A stretch of 64,000 nt of DNA from Candidatus Binatia bacterium (lineage in GTDB: Bacteria > Desulfobacterota > Binatia > Bin18): positions 11,800 through 75,799 of the forward strand of contig CAXXHG010000035.1 in assembly GCA_963666315.2 (NCBI GenBank), in the 5' to 3' direction. Shown one piece after another: positions 31,830 to 42,704 of this stretch. Below the pieces are notes generated by a model. The model searched no databases. It was not told the DNA's origin and worked only from the letters and a program-made list of their open reading frames with translations. Position 1 is the stretch's first letter. Every line of letters begins with the position of its first letter. A program made the translations under genes and the position numbers.

Positions 31830-32318
31830 GAGTTGCCTCCTTCGCCGTCTTGCATGCGCTGATATCCTGTATCAACTTTTTTCAGCCCAGCTGGCCAGCC
31901 AGTCGGGTTGATCCATATCAACATACTCGAGTGCGCCTGTCGGACACGACTTCACACAAGCCGGATCACCACCGCATAGGTCACACTTGAACGCTTTATG
32001 CGTATCGGGATTGTAGAACATGGTTCCGTAAGGACAGGCGACTGTACACACAGCACAGCCGACACACACGTCGTCCATAACGACTTTTGCGCCGTTGTTT
32101 GGGTCAATGGCAATTGCGTTGACCGGACACGCGGTGAGACACCAGGCTTCGTCGCACTGAAAGCAGGTATACGGCGCGTAGACGGCCTGCTCGTCAAAGA
32201 TATGGACTCGAATGACCGAACGGGACGGCTGAAAGGTCCCAGTTTGGACAAACGCACAAGCCAGCTCACACTGGAGACAGCTTGTACATTTATCGGTAAT
32301 CACGCGTAGCTGCTTCAT
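31826..32318 (-). CDS. 4Fe-4S dicluster protein (AorA-like), probable homopolymer frameshift at the 3' end
   Basis: Four Cys clusters. Removing one A at about 31877-31882 extends it to a TGA overlapping the aor start (ATGA). Confidence 0.88.
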
Positions 32319-32439
32319 AAGCGTTTCCCCTTCTCTGTGTCATCTAACAGATTCGGGCACAGAATTCCAGAAAAGCAAGCAGATGAGATGGTAAGGTAGT
32401 GAGAGAGGTGAAAAAAGTAGCCGGCCCCTCTTTTCTGTG

Positions 32440-32575
32440 TTGGGCACATCATCATCATTCAGATCGCGGAAGCTGCGCTTGTAGATGACATACCACCGTA
32501 CCACAGGATGATAATTGCACGGTCGAAATGGCGACCTTTAAACAAAGCAAACGCGTAATTGCGAAACAGCTCCAT
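32440..32575 (-). mobile_element. IS6-family transposase 5' relic
   Basis: Translates FKGRHFDRAIIIL / VRWYVIYKRSFRDL, the IS6 N-terminal signature, with a frameshift. Confidence 0.7.
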
Positions 32576-32935
32576 GCCTCTGCCTAACATGGTCATCCTC
32601 TGTTTACACCAGAACCCCCGTGGAATGGGTAGCCAGGAGGGTACGCTAATTCAGAGGCGACGCCAGATTTGGAAATGGCGAAAACTTGGACTTTCAAATC
32701 TGCCATATTCTCTATGTTGAGGGTAAAGGCGAAGCCTGGGTGGCGTACGTCATCTTCAGGACTGTCGTCACATCAAGCCGGGGAATCGTGGTGGTCCCCA
32801 CGTGGGCTAATTGGCCATTTTACGAACACCCATATGGCTGCGGCTGGTTGTGCCTTCTGGACATCTGCGGCCCAGCCTTTGAGTACAAGCTGGTTGTGCT
32901 GAAGCGTCGCTCGATCCACCCATCCTTTGAGATAG

Positions 32936-34996
32936 TCAGGATCTACACGCAGTTTCTCCCCTTGCCCTGAAATGACCCATTACTTCAGCTCCTGGATCGT
33001 ACTCTGGCAGTTCCTGAAAAATCCCGATGGGTCGAAGCAATGTAATGCCACGATCGGCTTTGGATATAAGCATCGGGAGACACGGCATTATCTCCTGATC
33101 GAAAGGATGTCTCATTAACAAGAGCTCCCCACCGACCATGTTGTTCCTTCAGTGGGAAGGTCCAGGGCTGTGTTACGGCCTGAATGGTACCGTTGATCGC
33201 TATGGCAATGGGGTATGAAGAGCCTGCCTGTCGAGACCGCAACTGACCAGAGATGTATACCGGCAGAACCGTTCCGCGAAGATCTATGTGCTTATATGCC
33301 ATTGGTGTGTCGAGCCTGATCGCCAGGTCCTCCGCGTCCTCAATGGGAAACCGCGTTTATGGGTAATCCCAAGAGGTGAGCATAGGGGCCAATCTGGTAC
33401 AGTCCAGCGGGTCTCGTGCGTCCGGAGCCGAAGAGTTCAAGTTTCCGATTGACGGTGGTCCACTCCTCACCTTTGGCAACGGCTGCCGGAAAGGAAAACC
33501 GGGTATGAGCGTTTGTTACGGTTCCCCCAAAATATGTCTTGTGTGGCCGTTGGGGACCGGACTCAAAGATAGACTGGCCATTCGCTCACGGCTGCTATGG
33601 TCTGATCCGGACGTTTTATAAAAAGAGGAATCCGGAGAATCTCTTCCTTGTTCGTATCCGACAGCAGCCTTCGAAAGTCGTTCGGTCGAAAACTCACACC
33701 ATGATCGGCTGTGATAACAATTTAGGCTTGGTCGTATAGCCCCTGGTCCTTCAATCGGTCGATGAGCTGGCCAAAGAGTTTGTCCACAAATCCGATCTGT
33801 AGAAGCGCTCTTTGATAACCTTGATTCGGTGCCCATTCATCCGTCTGCCATCTCCCTGAAGTATAACCGGGGAGAGATGGTACTGCGTGGTACCGCTTTC
33901 CGGACGGCAACCAGAGATACGGAATATGCGGGAGGAGGGTATGCATAAAATAAAATGTCGGTTGCGTAGGAGGCCGAAACGTATCGAGAAAACGCAGGAA
34001 ATACGTAGCGCGATCCTCTGATTTTTGAGTGCGGATCTGGTTGTTTTCCCAGCGGAGACGAGCGAGAGTAATCGCATCAGAATAGGCCTGCTCCGGGGTA
34101 GCAGCAAAATTGCGCCAGTCCTGAGAGATATTAGGCAAATGCTCACGGAAATCGTGGGGGAGAAGGAGATGGAGATAAAGGATGGACACATCGCTAGCGA
34201 GTTCAGAGAGGCGGGAGATCAATCCCAACGGCTGAGTAATGCCATAACCACACAGGCGCTCGGGACAGAGCTGCGTACGCGACTCCTGAACTTGCAGATC
34301 ATAGGTCCCTCCTAAGAGCCGTGAACAGATTCCGTGGATGATCCGTCCATCGGTGCTCGCGAATGATCGGGATATCTGTCCGTCAGAATACTTGGAGGAG
34401 CGAGAACCGTTTCACCGCTCACCGTCGTCGCATTACGAAACCACGTCGCGTCTTGTGCAAACGCCGCCAAAATGGGGATACCGGACCGCATCAATTTGCT
34501 GATTTTCATCCATGAGTGCCGCCAGCGGGAACTCATCGAACACGACCAGCACAATCGGAAACGTGGCGGTGATTGGCGGCGGTGACAGGGTCGCGATCTG
34601 CCCGCGAACGGTCAGTTTCGCGATCGGCGAAAAGGACAAAAAAACGACCGGAAACACCAGCAACGCTGGGGTGAGAAACGTCAGGAACAGCCGGACGAAG
34701 GGAAGACGATGATACATCCCTGTGGCACCGGCACTGATAACGACTGCCCCGACGACGAGGGCACTGCCCGGCAGGCTCGAGACCTCTCGGCTGGCTAGAA
34801 GGACGAGGGTCGTACCCAACCCACCGATGAAGATTCGGTGCCATAAAACGTACGCGGGACGACTCAGCTGAGCGAGCGTCCACAGAATCAGGCTGACACT
34901 GCTGGGGACCAACAGGCTCAGACCAAGCACCAACATAACAATGTCACTGGGTGTGGACCGACGGGCAATAAAAAACTCGGGGGATCGGGACAGCAA
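32936..34996 (-). pseudogene. Membrane-anchored sulfatase-like hydrolase/transferase, heavily fragmented
   Basis: TM helices, VVFDEFP, ATWFRNATTV, HTLLPHIPY and LIDRLKDQGLYD motifs spread over at least five frames. Confidence 0.7.
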
Positions 34997-35193
34997 ACGC
35001 TAACAGCACCCACCAGTGACATTGCTCTTCGAGAAAACCTTTACCTGTCCTCTGCATGTTTGTTCATACTCACTGGGAGACGATGGGGTGACAAGTGATA
35101 CACGGCGGCGTCTCAAACGCGACCCCGTCTATGCACAGTGCCCGGTTCTGTGGTTGATGCCGACAAGGGCAAGTTTCAGGCCGCAGGGAGCTC

Positions 35194-36225
35194 GTGGTGG
35201 TTTCGATATACGGACTGGCAAGCGTTCCAGGTCTCGCGTTGGAGCTTCTATCATTAGGCAACTCGCCCAATATTTCAGCTTTGCGTACCATTCAGTTTGT
35301 GGGATCAGCGCACTATTTGTCTTGCCTGCATGCACTGCGTTTAACAACCATCAATCAACATCCGGATTTTTATGGTGATGGCTTAGCTCTGGGCAATGGG
35401 GAGGTCAGTTTACGTGCCTTAGTCTAAGCTTATGCAGCCTTGGCAAACCAAGGGACGTTCTTGCCTATCACGTTGCTGATGGATGATCCTGCCCCGCCCA
35501 AAAAAGATCGTGTATTTTCGCCTGAGGTCAGTTCGCTGATTGGGCATATCCTGTCAGAGCCGGAGGCCAAGCGGCTCGAATTCGGTGCGGGCGGAATTCT
35601 GGATTTCCCGGTCCAAACCGCGGTGAAGGCGGGGACGTCGAGTGACTATCGAGTTGCCTGGGCGGTGGGTTTTAATTATCGCTACACCGTTGGGGTGTGG
35701 ATGGGGAATCTGAGCCAGCAGCCGACTAAAAGCGTGAGCGGAGCACGAGGTCCGGCGCTGGTGTTGCGGAGTGTGTTCGCTGAGTTGAATAAGCATCAGC
35801 GTACGACGCCCTTGTATCTAAGCCCTCGACTCGTGTCACAAACGCTGTGTCGAGAAAATGGAGCCCTGCACCGTGAAGATGAGAACTGCTCACGCTATAC
35901 GGAATGGTTTCTGCCGGGAACGGAGCCGAATAAAAGGCAGCGTATTATTCCTCCAGAGCCACTGCGCTGGCGCTGGCCAACAAACGGTTTGCAACTCGCT
36001 TCCGATCCCCGCATTCCCGATGATCTCGAAGTCTTTCCTTTTGAAATCCAAGGTGTCGCTGAAGATGCTCGAGTCGAATGGACCCTCAACGGTGTCACGC
36101 TTGCCCAAACGACTGGCGGCTCCTATGCGTGGTTGGTGAAACGTGGGGCACACCGACTCCGGGCTCGGATTCATACACGGGAGACCATCGCTGAGGTGCC
36201 GGAGATCAAGTTTATAGTGAAGTGA
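35194..36225 (+). pseudogene. pbpC: Penicillin-binding protein 1C, 3' remnant
   Basis: LGNSPNISA, LALGNGEV, in-frame TAA at 35425, KAGTS (degenerate KTG), VGVWMGN and a C-terminal beta domain. Confidence 0.75.
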
Positions 36226-36298
36226 ATGAGAAGAAGCCTTGCAGTCTCCATAATGAAGGCGTTACGCTGCGGGCACTAACAATACAGGAGGTATAATC

Positions 36299-36481
36299 AT
36301 GGATGTCAATTGGGACGAGAACGTCTGCAATCACTCTGCGAATTGTGTGAAGAGCTTACCCCAGGTTTTCAAAGTTGAAGGCGGAAAGTTTGTCATTGAT
36401 ACGAGCGCCGGCTCAGAGGATGATATCCGGGCTGTGGTGGCCAAGTGCCCGTCCGGCGCGCTGTCAGTTCAGGAAGATTAA
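36299..36481 (+). CDS. Small (4Fe-4S)-binding protein (YjdI-like)
   Basis: CNHSANCVKSLP.VF...CPSGAL; AGGAGG RBS. Confidence 0.85.
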   Translation: MDVNWDENVCNHSANCVKSLPQVFKVEGGKFVIDTSAGSEDDIRAVVAKCPSGALSVQED

Positions 36482-36628
36482 GAGGACCGACGTTTGAAAC
36501 TCCGATGGTCCTGGCCTCTCCCGCCTGGATTCCCGTTTTCACGGGAATGATAGGCAGTGTTGTGTCATACCTGCGCATGCAGGTATCCAGGCCTATGGAA
36601 TAAGACGGAGTTTTGTTCGTGTCTTTAA
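36479..36628. mobile_element. MITE-like element, family B copy 2
   Basis: Homologous to 10389-10541; starts at the TAA stop codon of the upstream gene. Confidence 0.65.
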
Positions 36629-36786
36629 GAGCCTATCCGAATAACGGTTTCAAGGTGTCATGTTGAGCCCTTCGTCTACGCTCAGGATAAACTCCGGGAA
36701 ACATCTCAACTCCACGACAAAGACAGAGATTCTTCGCTTCGCTCAGAATGACAGAACCAAGCACTCATGGTTATTCGGATACTCTC
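36629..36786. mobile_element. MITE with 17-bp terminal inverted repeats
   Basis: GAGCCTATCCGAATAAC ... GTTATTCGGATACTCTC, flanked by TAA/TAA. Confidence 0.75.
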
Positions 36787-36817
36787 TAAGTGAGCCTCAC
36801 CAAGGTTCAGGAACCAT

Positions 36818-37372
36818 ATGGCTGAACATGTCTTCCTCAACGGTCGTGTGTCTGTCCTCGTCGGTGACATTACCCAGCAGCAGGTTGACGCGGTAGTCAA
36901 CGCGGCCAACTTAACCCTGTTAGGTGGCGGGGGGGTGGACGGTGCGATTCATCGAGCCGGCGGACCCAAAATTCTGGCTGAATGCCAGGAGCTACGCCAC
37001 ACGCGCTATGCCGATGGTTTGCCCCCAGGCGAAGCGGTCATAACGACAGCGGGCAATATGCCGGCTCGGCATGTGATTCATACTGTAGGACCCGTCTTCA
37101 GTGCTGCAGGGGAGCAAGCTGCCGACCTCCTATCGGCGTGTTACCGAAACTCGCTCTCACTCGCAGTTCAACATAACCTCAGCACTATTGCCTTTCCTGC
37201 GATTTCAACTGGAGTCTACGGTTATCCACGCGGAGAGGCCGCTGCGGTTGCCTCACAATCGATTGCCGACTTTTTGGCGACTGACTCGTCCCTCAACCAA
37301 GTCTTCCAAGTCCGTTTAGTCTTTTTCGCCCCGCAAGACGCAGCGGTTTTTTTGACCCACCAGACGTTCTAA
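36818..37372 (+). CDS. ymdB: Macrodomain O-acetyl-ADP-ribose deacetylase
   Basis: GDIT, VNAAN..LGGGGVDGAIH and FPAISTGVYGYP motifs. Confidence 0.9.
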   Translation: MAEHVFLNGRVSVLVGDITQQQVDAVVNAANLTLLGGGGVDGAIHRAGGPKILAECQELRHTRYADGLPPGEAVITTAGNMPARHVIHTVGPVFSAAGEQAADLLSACYRNSLSLAVQHNLSTIAFPAISTGVYGYPRGEAAAVASQSIADFLATDSSLNQVFQVRLVFFAPQDAAVFLTHQTF

Positions 37373-37390
37373 TCCGTCAGTTTATTTTCA

Positions 37391-37425
37391 GCTCAAGCAG
37401 ATCGGTCCTACTGATCTGCTTGAGC
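37391..37425. terminator. Perfect 13-bp stem-loop after the macrodomain gene
   Basis: GCTCAAGCAGATC-N9-GATCTGCTTGAGC. Confidence 0.55.
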
Positions 37426-37536
37426 CAGGGTTTTCCAGCCCGAACTTGGGAAGACGAAAAAAAGAAAAACTAGTCTTATGCCTGCTTGTCGTGTACAAGG
37501 ACAGCCTAGCTCTTTGTGCATCTCTTGAGGACGAGC

Positions 37537-38886
37537 ATGCTGGTCGGAAAAAAACTGCACACCTTTGGAATCATTGTAACGGGCCTGCTCATCTGTACTT
37601 CTGCTGCATTGACGGCTGTATCTGAGGACAATGACAATCGTCCTGAACGGACTTGGCGTCTAATAGACGAACTCTCAGAAGAAGAACGGGCGCGTATCGA
37701 CTTTTCGACCGACACGCCACGGGATGCAAATGTCCCCTACCTGCCGGCTGAGCCGTATCCGTTTGAGCCGCCCTATACGGCGGAGGAGATGGGCTATCGA
37801 ATCATGGAGTTCCCGCATATGCCACGCTGGGACTGCGTGCAAATAGAAGACTCCGGAACACTCACGCCGACCGGCTATCTCTACATCAATCAAATCATTA
37901 CCCTTATCCAGCATAGAGACCCAGAGGGACTGGTAGGCCAGTTAACCGCCAAACCCGGTGAGGTCTATTCGCGCTGGCTGGCCCAAGATATCGCGCCCCC
38001 AGAAAATCGGGGCAACCAGCTGCTGTTCATCACTTCCCGCACCGATCAGCAGACCACAAAAAAGGCCGACCTTTTCGGCTACTCGCCTGCGCTCCGCCGG
38101 GTGCGGCGTTTTCCCCAGCCGCGCCGTCAGGATAAATTCCCCAACCAGCCTATGGCCTATGACGACTTTCTCGGTCGCGATGCCTGGGAGTTTTCGTGGC
38201 GCATCATTGGAACAGACGTGTTGTATGAAACCGCTCGCTTTCCGAAAACGCGCCAGTTTATCACCCTCAGCAACGACGACGGGTCTTTTCGCGATGTGCC
38301 TGCAAGCGAGCTGAAACTTATGGGTGATGAGTACCCGCACTATAGGGCAGATGGCGGCGTAGGCTGCTATCTCATTGAAGCTACGGCCAAGGACGACTGG
38401 ATTCCGGATTACTACGTGCCTCGCCTACTCTTTTGGGTAGATCAGCACTATTTCTTTCCGCTTCGGACGGAGCTGTATGGCAAGGAGGGCGAACTCGTCT
38501 TACTTGAAGAACGTATGGCGAAACTCCTAAATCCACGCCTCAAGGAGCGTGGCTATCACAATCTCATTACGCTGTGGTGGGATCCTCAGCAAGACTTTTA
38601 CTCTTACGGGGTGCATGACGGCATGCAGCTTCGGGACTGGTCTCAAGAGGATAAGGACGTGTTCTTTAATCCGGATTTTATGCGTCGAACTTGGTTCCCC
38701 GCTCCGCTCAAGACGCAGTCCGGGATCAGGTTGCCCGAGGAATTTTTTCTCCGCCCGCACCTGTATCGGGACAAGTTCCCTGGGGAACGCAAGATCGTTT
38801 TGTCGGATGACCTCGAAAAACGTATCGCGGCTCAAGAAAAAGCGGGCTATATTGTCTTCACTGGGGATACGGCCGGTGCAGAGTAG
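37537..38886 (+). CDS. Exported DUF1329-like (LolA-fold) protein
   Basis: Signal peptide; YSPALRRVRR..RQD motif; WVDQ..F.PL..E.Y. Confidence 0.7.
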   Translation: MLVGKKLHTFGIIVTGLLICTSAALTAVSEDNDNRPERTWRLIDELSEEERARIDFSTDTPRDANVPYLPAEPYPFEPPYTAEEMGYRIMEFPHMPRWDCVQIEDSGTLTPTGYLYINQIITLIQHRDPEGLVGQLTAKPGEVYSRWLAQDIAPPENRGNQLLFITSRTDQQTTKKADLFGYSPALRRVRRFPQPRRQDKFPNQPMAYDDFLGRDAWEFSWRIIGTDVLYETARFPKTRQFITLSNDDGSFRDVPASELKLMGDEYPHYRADGGVGCYLIEATAKDDWIPDYYVPRLLFWVDQHYFFPLRTELYGKEGELVLLEERMAKLLNPRLKERGYHNLITLWWDPQQDFYSYGVHDGMQLRDWSQEDKDVFFNPDFMRRTWFPAPLKTQSGIRLPEEFFLRPHLYRDKFPGERKIVLSDDLEKRIAAQEKAGYIVFTGDTAGAE

Positions 38887-38918
38887 TGTTTGGTGGTAGT
38901 CCTAGAGTGGTTTGCCGC

Positions 38919-39063
38919 TTACTTGCCTTCTCCCTCCGACAAGGCATCTAAGAGCGTTTTGGCATCTTTGAGGTCCGCCGTATCAAACCCTTCGGTGAGC
39001 CAGTTGTAGACCGGAGCTAGGAGGTTGCGAGCTTCGGTTGTCTTGCCTTGCGACTGCCACAGC
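38919..39063 (-). pseudogene. Orphan C-terminal tail of an adenylate cyclase/AAA-ATPase-TPR protein
   Basis: [36 protein letters not shown]. Confidence 0.75.
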
Positions 39064-39319
39064 GGCGCCGCCGTGAGGAGAAGGGGCTCATCCACCTCCC
39101 ACCTGATCGTCACAGGCAGCTCTTTCAGCAAGGCATAGCGCAGATTTGCCTCAGACTCACCCTGCTCTGTCGGGTAATATAGGTCACCTCAAGCAGGACA
39201 ACCCAAAGAAGCCAGACCTGTCCCTCCCTGAGAATTGTCTGCACGCGGTCAGCGCCCGACTCATCCTCGATCAATGTGAGGATGGCCGATGTATCGAGCA
39301 CATAACGCTTAGCGTTCAT
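39064..39319 (-). pseudogene. vapC: VapC/PIN toxin, frameshifted and truncated
   Basis: YVLDTSAIL..LLEVTYITRQ / ..LLKELPVTI..EPLLLTAA, then joins the TPR tail. Confidence 0.75.
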
Positions 39320-39527
39320 TATCGCGGTCAGCCTGTCTAGTCGCCAGCAACCGCTCCCCTTTTCCCCGCCGACGCAACGCATGGATAGGATCGGCCGCGG
39401 TGGGTACGACCCGAATCGTCATGCAGTCGTCGAGCCAGATGATCTGGTCGCTTTCGTGGATGTGGTAGCGTTTGCGAATGGCTGCTGGGATGACAGTCTG
39501 TCCCCGCTTCGTGACCGACGTCTGCAT
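39309..39527 (-). CDS. AbrB/MazE family antitoxin
   Basis: VTKRGQTVIPAAIRKRY motif. Confidence 0.88.
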   Translation of the reverse strand: MQTSVTKRGQTVIPAAIRKRYHIHESDQIIWLDDCMTIRVVPTAADPIHALRRRGKGERLLATRQADRDNER

Positions 39528-39549
39528 TACAATTCCTCAATATTCAGTT

Positions 39550-39582
39550 TTTGCAAGGCAAATTATATCTTTGCAAGACAAA
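39550..39582. promoter_or_regulatory. Probable TA autoregulatory operator pair
   Basis: TTTGC-AAG-GCAAA and TTTGC-AAG-ACAAA, 20 bp apart, upstream of the AbrB gene. Confidence 0.55.
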
Positions 39583-39620
39583 ATGAATAGATCACCGCGA
39601 GATACTGATGGTAGAGGGCG

Positions 39621-39820
39621 CTATGAGGTCTTTTCGATTTCTGGGATGGCTTGTTCGAATGGGGCGGCTTCGTCCTGGGATGCTTTCGCCGGTTATAGGC
39701 TTTGAGGGAATCGAGTTCCTCCAAACCTTGAAGCAACTTCTGGTATTCTTCTACATCCAGCAACACTGCGGTCCGCTTTCCATTTTTGTCGACCACAAAA
39801 CGTTCATGGATGGCACTCAT
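39621..39820 (-). pseudogene. Small antitoxin, frameshifted; toxin largely missing
   Basis: FVVDKNGKRTAVLLDVEEYQKLL..LEELDSLKAY / ..DEAAPFEQAI.EIE. Confidence 0.65.
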
Positions 39821-39916
39821 ACAGACCTCCCCCATGAACTCCTCCTTGATAGGATAGCAAGCATTCTATCCCCTCCGAGGGAGGGGATAATGATAATAAG
39901 GAGGCAACTTGGGTCT

Positions 39917-42211
39917 CTACGACCGGCCTGATCCATTTGTCCCTGAGCCGTTCGTTCCATTGGGGCCGTTCCCGTGTATGGCCCAGAAGACGCGTTCGGG
40001 ATTCATGGGCAATTCATACAGCCGTTTGCCTGTGGCGCGGTAAATTGCATTTGCCAGGGCTGCGCCCGGTGGCACTATGGGTACTTCGCCTACGCCGCGC
40101 AGTCCATACGGACCTTCTGAGGCTGGGACTTCGGTGAGTACAGTCTCAATCATGGGCAGGTCGAGGGCAACCGGACAGCGATAGTCGAGCAGGCTTGCGT
40201 TTTTCAGCTCGCCGTTGTCAAAGATATACTCTTCATTCAGCGCCCAGCCGATGCCCTGCACAGCTCCACCCTGGATCTGGCCTTCAACCTGCATTGGATT
40301 GATCGCTTTGCCGACATCTTGGAAGCAGGTGTAGCGCAGAATTGTCGCCTTGCCCGTATCTGGGTCGATCTCAACATCAGCCACATGGGCGGCATAGGAG
40401 TGGGCCGGCTGCATGCGGGTTGTGCTGCCCTTACCGATGATCGGCCCGCTGCCCCAGGCCACACTCTCGCGCGCCAGGTCTGCCAGGCTGACCTCGTTCT
40501 GCGTGTCGTCTTTGGCCCAGAAACGCTTTTGTTTATATTCAACGTCGTCTACCGAGACCTTGAGCTTTTCGGCGGCGCGTACGCGCAGCTGGGATAAAAC
40601 GTCGTGGCTGGCCTGATGCGCCGCAGCGCTCATGGTGTAAGTAATCCGGCTGCCGCCGCTCAGATCGGCAAAGGGGGCGGTGTCGGTATCGCCCACGGTG
40701 ATGGTGATCTCTGTCGGATCAAGCTGCAGTTCGTCCGCCACCATTTGTAAAATAGTGGTCCGAGTGCCGGTCAGATCAACCGTGCCGACAAAGATAGAAG
40801 CAGTAGCATCTGGATTGATTTTGATTTCAGCACTCGAGGTAAATGAACCACCGATCCAGTAACCCAAGGCTAAGCCACGACCACGATTGGCGCCTTCTAG
40901 CGGCGTCGTCCAGCACGAATGCTTTTGAATCTCCCCCAACATCTCGGTCAGACCGATGCGGTTGAGCGGCATGCCGAGCGGCAGTGTATCGCCTTCCTCA
41001 GCTGCATTTTTCTGACGAAACTCCAGGGGATCTACACCGATCTCCTCAGCCAGCGCATCCATGAGGGATTCAACCGCAAAAGCCGCCGGCGTTCCACCAG
41101 GAGCTCGGTAGGCCTGGACCCGAGGCTTGTTGGTCAGGACGTCAAACCCTTCGGCTAGCATATTGTCCAATTTGTACGGAGCTAAGCCCACGAGCAGTCC
41201 GCGGGAGACTGGCGAGCCGGGGAAGGCTCCCGCATCATAGCGCATGGTCGTTGAAATCGCGGTGAGTTTGCCGTCTTTTTTTGCCCCGGCTTTGACCGTA
41301 ATGACCGCAGGGGCACCCGGACCCGTTGCACGCAGGACTTCCTCGCGAGAGACGACCAATTTGACCGGGCGGCTGGTCTTCTGGGCCAGGACGATGGCCG
41401 TGGGTTCAAACAGTGCCAGCGCTTTGCCGCCAAATCCGCCGCCGATCTCCATGGGGATAACGTTGAGCTGGTTCGCCGGTAAGCCCAGCAGGGTGACAAG
41501 CTGGGTCCGCACGGTGAAATGCCCCTGAGCCGAGGTCCACAACGTCACCTTGCCACTCGGTTCGACCCGCGCGGCACAGGCTTGGGGTTCCAGATACCCC
41601 TGATGGACCATCTGGGTCGTATACGTTTTCTCGATGAGTACGTCGGCTTCTTTAAACCCAGCCTCCACATCGCCCCGGGTATAGACCATATGCGTGGCAA
41701 TATTGCTGGGCTGGTCAGATTTTTCTTGGGTGGCCTCTTCGAGCGTGTGCAGATCTTCGTGAACCAGAGCGGTACCAGGTTGCATGGCCTGTAGCACGTC
41801 TTCCACGACAGGCAGGACTTCGACCAGCCCGGCTGCTTCCTCGGCAATAAAGGGATCAGTCGCAGCCACAGCGGCCACGACCTGACCATGATAGCGCGCT
41901 TTATCTGAGGCCATGACAATTTCTCGGATGGCGCTCATGTCTATGCTGACTTCGCCGACCAGTGGCGCAGTCGCGCCTTTTGGCAGGTGAGGCAGGTCGT
42001 TGGCGGTAATAACGGCCTTCACGCCGGGCAGGGCTTTCGCTTTGCTGGTATCAATCTTCTTGATGCGCGCGTGTGCATACGGGCTACGGACTAATTTGGC
42101 CCACAGCATACCGGGCAGATCGAGGTCTGCCCCATAGACCGCTTTGCCCGTGACCCGTTCCGGGGCATCAACCTTGGCTAGAGACGTTCCGATCACACTA
42201 TACTCAGCCAT
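39917..42211 (-). CDS. Xanthine dehydrogenase family molybdopterin-binding subunit
   Basis: HQGYLEP, IGGGFGGK, AYRAPG, GQIQGG and RGVGEVP motifs. Confidence 0.93.
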   Translation of the reverse strand: MAEYSVIGTSLAKVDAPERVTGKAVYGADLDLPGMLWAKLVRSPYAHARIKKIDTSKAKALPGVKAVITANDLPHLPKGATAPLVGEVSIDMSAIREIVMASDKARYHGQVVAAVAATDPFIAEEAAGLVEVLPVVEDVLQAMQPGTALVHEDLHTLEEATQEKSDQPSNIATHMVYTRGDVEAGFKEADVLIEKTYTTQMVHQGYLEPQACAARVEPSGKVTLWTSAQGHFTVRTQLVTLLGLPANQLNVIPMEIGGGFGGKALALFEPTAIVLAQKTSRPVKLVVSREEVLRATGPGAPAVITVKAGAKKDGKLTAISTTMRYDAGAFPGSPVSRGLLVGLAPYKLDNMLAEGFDVLTNKPRVQAYRAPGGTPAAFAVESLMDALAEEIGVDPLEFRQKNAAEEGDTLPLGMPLNRIGLTEMLGEIQKHSCWTTPLEGANRGRGLALGYWIGGSFTSSAEIKINPDATASIFVGTVDLTGTRTTILQMVADELQLDPTEITITVGDTDTAPFADLSGGSRITYTMSAAAHQASHDVLSQLRVRAAEKLKVSVDDVEYKQKRFWAKDDTQNEVSLADLARESVAWGSGPIIGKGSTTRMQPAHSYAAHVADVEIDPDTGKATILRYTCFQDVGKAINPMQVEGQIQGGAVQGIGWALNEEYIFDNGELKNASLLDYRCPVALDLPMIETVLTEVPASEGPYGLRGVGEVPIVPPGAALANAIYRATGKRLYELPMNPERVFWAIHGNGPNGTNGSGTNGSGRS

Positions 42212-42222
42212 GCTGTCCCTCC

Positions 42223-42699
42223 TTATGCATGCTGCGACAGCGCCTGTGACGCGGCCTGAATCGAACGGACAATTTTGTCATAGCCTGTGCAGCGGCACAG
42301 GTTGCCAGAAATCGCTAAACGAATCTCTTGTTCACTCGGGTTTGGGTTCCGTTCCAATAATGCCTTGGCCGACATAATGAAGCCCGGAGTGCAGAAGCCA
42401 CACTGTAAGCCGCCGTGTTCAATAAACGCTTGCTGTACGGGGTGGAGATTGCCCTCGGCCGCCACGCCTTCGACCGTTGTGACGTCTGCGCCTGCGGCTT
42501 CCACTGCGAACACGAGACAGGCATTGACGACGGAGCCGTTCAGGACGACCGTGCAGGCTCCGCAGTTGCCGTTTCCACAGCCTTCCTTCGGGCCCATGAA
42601 ACCCAGCTTGTAGCGGAGGGTATCGAGCAGCGTTGTGCGTGTATCTACAATGGTGGTGTGCGGCTCGCCGTTTATGTTCATTTCGATAGGCTGTTTCAT
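42223..42699 (-). CDS. (2Fe-2S)-binding small subunit (CoxS/CutS family)
   Basis: GCGNGNCGAC, QCGFCTPG and NLCRCTGY motifs. Confidence 0.94.
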   Translation of the reverse strand: MKQPIEMNINGEPHTTIVDTRTTLLDTLRYKLGFMGPKEGCGNGNCGACTVVLNGSVVNACLVFAVEAAGADVTTVEGVAAEGNLHPVQQAFIEHGGLQCGFCTPGFIMSAKALLERNPNPSEQEIRLAISGNLCRCTGYDKIVRSIQAASQALSQHA

Positions 42700-42704
42700 A
42701 CTGT

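Noticed and set aside
32669-32970. Short overlapping ORFs
   Set aside because: No recognisable motif; they lie in a decayed region.
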